In this document: in pieces, positions 7,518-10,403 of the stretch
Position numbering within the stretch: position 1 is the stretch's first letter
Layout of the letters: each line of letters opens with the position of its first letter
DNA from: Promethearchaeota archaeon Loki_b32
GTDB taxonomy: Archaea; Asgardarchaeota; Lokiarchaeia; Sigyniarchaeales; SOKP01
NCBI GenBank assembly: GCA_005223125.1
Contig: NJBH01000063.1
Span: forward strand, 1 to 10,403
DNA: 10,403 bases
Direction: 5' to 3'
The notes under the pieces: model-generated
Seen by the model: only the letters and a program-made list of their open reading frames with translations
Told to the model about the DNA's origin: nothing
Databases searched by the model: none
Position numbers and translations under genes: made by a program

Positions 7518-9500
7518 CTATGAATAGAAACGTTTTTGATCAAAATTTCTGCTACTTCTTTTGATTTCCTCTACTTCTTCAAGATTTTCTTGAAAAGATT
7601 GTATTTTTTTTTCAATTATATAGATTTCTTTTTGAAGATTTTTAAAAGTTTTAAAATAATCTACCTCAGAAATAATTCCTTGATCGAATTTAACGTCTAG
7701 CTTTTTCAATGTTTCTTTCAAACTATATCTCTCTTTATTTAATTCCAGCATTTTTTGGTGCTTTTCTTTATCTATTTTAAATAATTTTCGCTTATATCTA
7801 TAAGAATTATCTTGTGAAATATATTCTGGATCGAATAAATCAGATAAATGGTTTCTATTATAATCTTGGTATGCTACCTCGTTATTCAGGAAGTAATTAT
7901 TTTCATTGTAGAGATCATTGTTAATATTCCTATTTGGATTTAGAATTCGTTGATTTAAGTTGTTAATTAATAAATTTTCAGGATTAACATTTTGAGGATT
8001 ATAATTTTGAAAGCGATTTGGATTATATATATTCTGTGAGAAGAAGTTGTTTTTAGGATAGTTACCTCTTTCTAAATTACCAAAATATTGAGGTGATTGG
8101 ATAGTATCAGGATAATTATAAGGTGAATTTCTAATTTTATGATTGTAATTAGTAGTGCTTTGGATATTATGCCAAGGTTGAGCTCTATTTTGGGGATACA
8201 TATACTGAGATGGAGGACGAGAAGCAATATTAGGCATTTGGTTGGGGAACATGCCAAAAGGAGGGGGTAAATCTTTATTATGACTATATATATTCTCAAA
8301 ACTTTTATTATACTGGCATTTTATGCTGAAAAATGAATTAATACTTTCTTCAATGAAATTTATCAACTCATTTAAATCAAGATCAATTTCTTGAAGTTTT
8401 TTTGCTGTTTTTTCGTCATAGATTGTAGTTTCGTCAAAGGATCTCGCTAAAAGAATGTACTCAATTACTCTAGAAATAGCTTTGGGTGGCAATGTAAACT
8501 CGTATTTTCCATACGTAAATTCAATATAGAGTTTTTTGAAAATCTTACCTATTTCTTTTATTCTTGTTAAATCTTGGACAGGAGCTTTAAAGATTAATTC
8601 TTTTTTCTTTTTAACTACCCCATACTCATGAACAAATGAAAGATCAAAATTAGTGATAAATAAAATACCCTTATCTTTTTTACATTTTTCTTGGGTATTC
8701 AATCCATTAGTTAATTTAGCAAAAATAGCATAAACAGGTTTTTCTCCTTCTGCAAGCCTTAGTAATTTCTTGTATTCGTTAAAGTAATAGCTAACTTTGC
8801 TAATAAATTGTAAGTTTTTATCGAAGGCTTCAAAGCTATCAGTAAATGTGCTTAAATTATTTCTTGTAAATTCATCAATTGAACCATAACTTCTTGATAA
8901 ATTTTCAAATATACCTTCTATTATAGTTATATTTGAATTTGGTTGAGGGTAAATATCAAAGAAATATTCTTTATTTTGATTTAATTGGTGAAAATGAACA
9001 TTAATTTTTTCAAATAAAGTGTTCTGTATATAGAGAAATAACTTAAAAAGAGCTAATAAATCTGATTCCATTTGAGGAAAATGGTAATATTTATTTGGAG
9101 GATCTCTTACCTCTTTAATTTTGGATTGAAATTGATACAACTTATCAAGGATTTCTTTTAAAGGTTGAATGAATAAACGTGAATTTTTAATTAAATCTAA
9201 AAATTTCTTTTCTAGTTCTTCTTTTTTTTCATAAATATTAACAATTTGATGTGAATCACATTTTGGGCATGATTTTAGACGTTGATTAGATTTGATAATA
9301 TTATCTTTACCACAATCCCCACAAACTTTCTTTTTTTCAGACTTTAGAGCTTGAATATTTTTAGATTTACAATCTTGACAAGTAAAGAAATCCACCTTTT
9401 TTTCATGGAGGCATTCAGAACAACAACTGGAGCCACATTCTTCACAATAATAAGCTAATTTAACATATCTGTGACAAAACCTGCATACTTGCTCTGACAT
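7518..9500 (-). CDS. Multidomain ESCRT-I-like protein: Cys-rich Zn fingers, helical region, PH/GRAM-like domain, N/Q/P/Y low-complexity region, steadiness-box (Vps23 core)-like C-terminus
   Basis: ORF track gives 7518..9518 (TTG). ATG 9500 has AAGGA just upstream and is preferred. Six CxxC pairs, 'GILFITNFDLSF...F.AP...L..I' PH/GRAM-type strands, low-complexity ~7850-8275, and a C-terminal helical hairpin around 'FDQGIIS'. The CDS is certain; domain calls are by eye. Confidence 0.7.
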   Translation of the reverse strand: MSEQVCRFCHRYVKLAYYCEECGSSCCSECLHEKKVDFFTCQDCKSKNIQALKSEKKKVCGDCGKDNIIKSNQRLKSCPKCDSHQIVNIYEKKEELEKKFLDLIKNSRLFIQPLKEILDKLYQFQSKIKEVRDPPNKYYHFPQMESDLLALFKLFLYIQNTLFEKINVHFHQLNQNKEYFFDIYPQPNSNITIIEGIFENLSRSYGSIDEFTRNNLSTFTDSFEAFDKNLQFISKVSYYFNEYKKLLRLAEGEKPVYAIFAKLTNGLNTQEKCKKDKGILFITNFDLSFVHEYGVVKKKKELIFKAPVQDLTRIKEIGKIFKKLYIEFTYGKYEFTLPPKAISRVIEYILLARSFDETTIYDEKTAKKLQEIDLDLNELINFIEESINSFFSIKCQYNKSFENIYSHNKDLPPPFGMFPNQMPNIASRPPSQYMYPQNRAQPWHNIQSTTNYNHKIRNSPYNYPDTIQSPQYFGNLERGNYPKNNFFSQNIYNPNRFQNYNPQNVNPENLLINNLNQRILNPNRNINNDLYNENNYFLNNEVAYQDYNRNHLSDLFDPEYISQDNSYRYKRKLFKIDKEKHQKMLELNKERYSLKETLKKLDVKFDQGIISEVDYFKTFKNLQKEIYIIEKKIQSFQENLEEVEEIKRSSRNFDQKRFYS

Positions 9501-9656
9501 ATTAATCCTTAAACCCAACCAAATAAGGTAATAATTACCTTTAAAATCGCTTTATCAGAAGAATAAGAAATTCCAAAACATAAAAAAAGCTATATTATTC
9601 TCGTATCATGTAATATTTGGATATAACTATTGAGAAAAATAAGAATCGATTGAAAA

Positions 9657-9950
9657 TTATTTAATAATTTTTATTTTTTTTCCTAAAGCTTGACCTGGAA
9701 CACCAGCTTTCTTGAAATGAGCTCTTACAGCACCATTATTTCCATGAGCTCGTGTTATAACACCCTTTAATTCTTTACCAGTAGGAGTAACCCAAACAAC
9801 AGTTCTCCCATTAAGCTTATTAGCATCTTTTCTTGTTTTTATATTAGGAAATACTAATATACAGTGCTTTTGGTGTATTGTATGGCGTCCTTGTTTATAA
9901 TTTGAGATTACACCTTCCATTCCAAGCAAGTTTAACTTGTTTAATGACAT
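9657..9950 (-). CDS. rpl35ae: 50S ribosomal protein L35Ae (eL33)
   Basis: GVISNYKQGRH, 'TRKDANKLNGRTVVW', 'GVITRAHGNNGAVRAHF', 'VPGQALGKKI' match eL33. Confidence 0.95.
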   Translation of the reverse strand: MSLNKLNLLGMEGVISNYKQGRHTIHQKHCILVFPNIKTRKDANKLNGRTVVWVTPTGKELKGVITRAHGNNGAVRAHFKKAGVPGQALGKKIKIIK

Positions 9951-10162
9951 TAGGTAAAACCTGTTTAATAATTACATCAATCTATTATCTGAAAAATATT
10001 TCAAAACTATTAAGTTTTTTTAATTAATTTAACTTATTTTGGAAATGTTTAATTAATAAATTCATCCTATTATGAAAAAGTTGAGAAAATTTGAAGAAAG
10101 AGAAAACCAAAGTATAACAGCTTATAACAAGATTTTTGAACGATTTATTTTTAGTGAAACTA

Positions 10163-10403
10163 ATGAAAGTAGCTTTTGGGAAAATTAAAATCACACCAAA
10201 GGATTATATTGGTAAACCTATGGCAGGATATGCTAGGAAAGATCCTTGCTTGGGAAAGTTAGATGATATTTACGCTTACGGAGTTTTAATTACAAATGAA
10301 GAAAGAGAATTAGAAAGAGATCAGTGCTTATTTATTTCATTAGATTTATTGAAAATCCCCGTATCTATATGTGATTATATCAAAAGAAAAATTAAAGAAA
10401 AAT
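10163..10403 (+). CDS. Neutral/alkaline non-lysosomal ceramidase N-terminal-domain family protein; 3'-truncated
   Basis: Not in the ORF track. Manual translation: MKVAFGKIKITPKDYIGKPMAGYARKDPCLGKLDDIYAYGVLITNEERELERDQCLFISLDLLKIPVSICDYIKRKIKEK. This matches the family pattern 'G.ak.dITP...pmaGY..R....G.hD.lya.alvl...l.fis.Dl'. In-frame GTG 10154 is an alternative start. Confidence 0.8.
   Translation, partial: MKVAFGKIKITPKDYIGKPMAGYARKDPCLGKLDDIYAYGVLITNEERELERDQCLFISLDLLKIPVSICDYIKRKIKEK

Noticed and set aside
8072-8299. 75-aa hydrophobic alternate-frame ORF inside the 7518..9500 gene
   Set aside because: Ile/Leu richness is the expected frame-shifted reading of Asn/Tyr/Pro codons; no independent support.
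9370-9490. Calling the N-terminal Zn cluster a true PI3P-binding FYVE domain or RING ligase
   Set aside because: Lacks WxxD, R(R/K)HHCR and RVC motifs and RING C3HC4/C3H2C3 spacing; only topological similarity is claimed.
1-10403. tRNA, rRNA, CRISPR array, transposase or integrase
   Set aside because: Intergenic gaps are short and AT-rich with no GC-rich structured segment, spaced repeats or mobile-element motifs visible.

Overview
Very AT-rich archaeal chromosomal window, most consistent with an Asgard archaeon of the Lokiarchaeia type. This is inferred from a Vps20/32/60-class ESCRT-III gene, a roadblock protein, archaeal-type DHQ synthase II, core MetE and eL33. It holds ten real CDSs, two truncated at the edges and missing from the ORF track: a roadblock/acidic-tail protein (<1..945, -) and a ceramidase-N-like protein (10163..>10403, +). 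Housekeeping genes (GH57, aroB', core methionine synthase, rpl35ae) are interleaved with eukaryote-like membrane-trafficking modules. Main points of interest: (1) a ~660-aa protein with Zn fingers, a PH/GRAM/GLUE-like domain, an N/Q/P/Y low-complexity region and a C-terminal TSG101-like steadiness box, lying one gene from ESCRT-III; (2) the ESCRT-III gene seems to begin at a non-AUG codon (ATC 5699), which restores its N-terminal membrane-anchor helix, and it carries MIM2- and MIM1-like motifs; (3) a nucleoside/nucleotide kinase ending in a PIP-box-like motif; (4) a double-zinc-ribbon CAAX-protease homologue that has lost catalytic residues in three motifs. No RNA genes, CRISPR arrays or mobile elements were seen. 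All family calls are by-eye motif recognition, not database searches.
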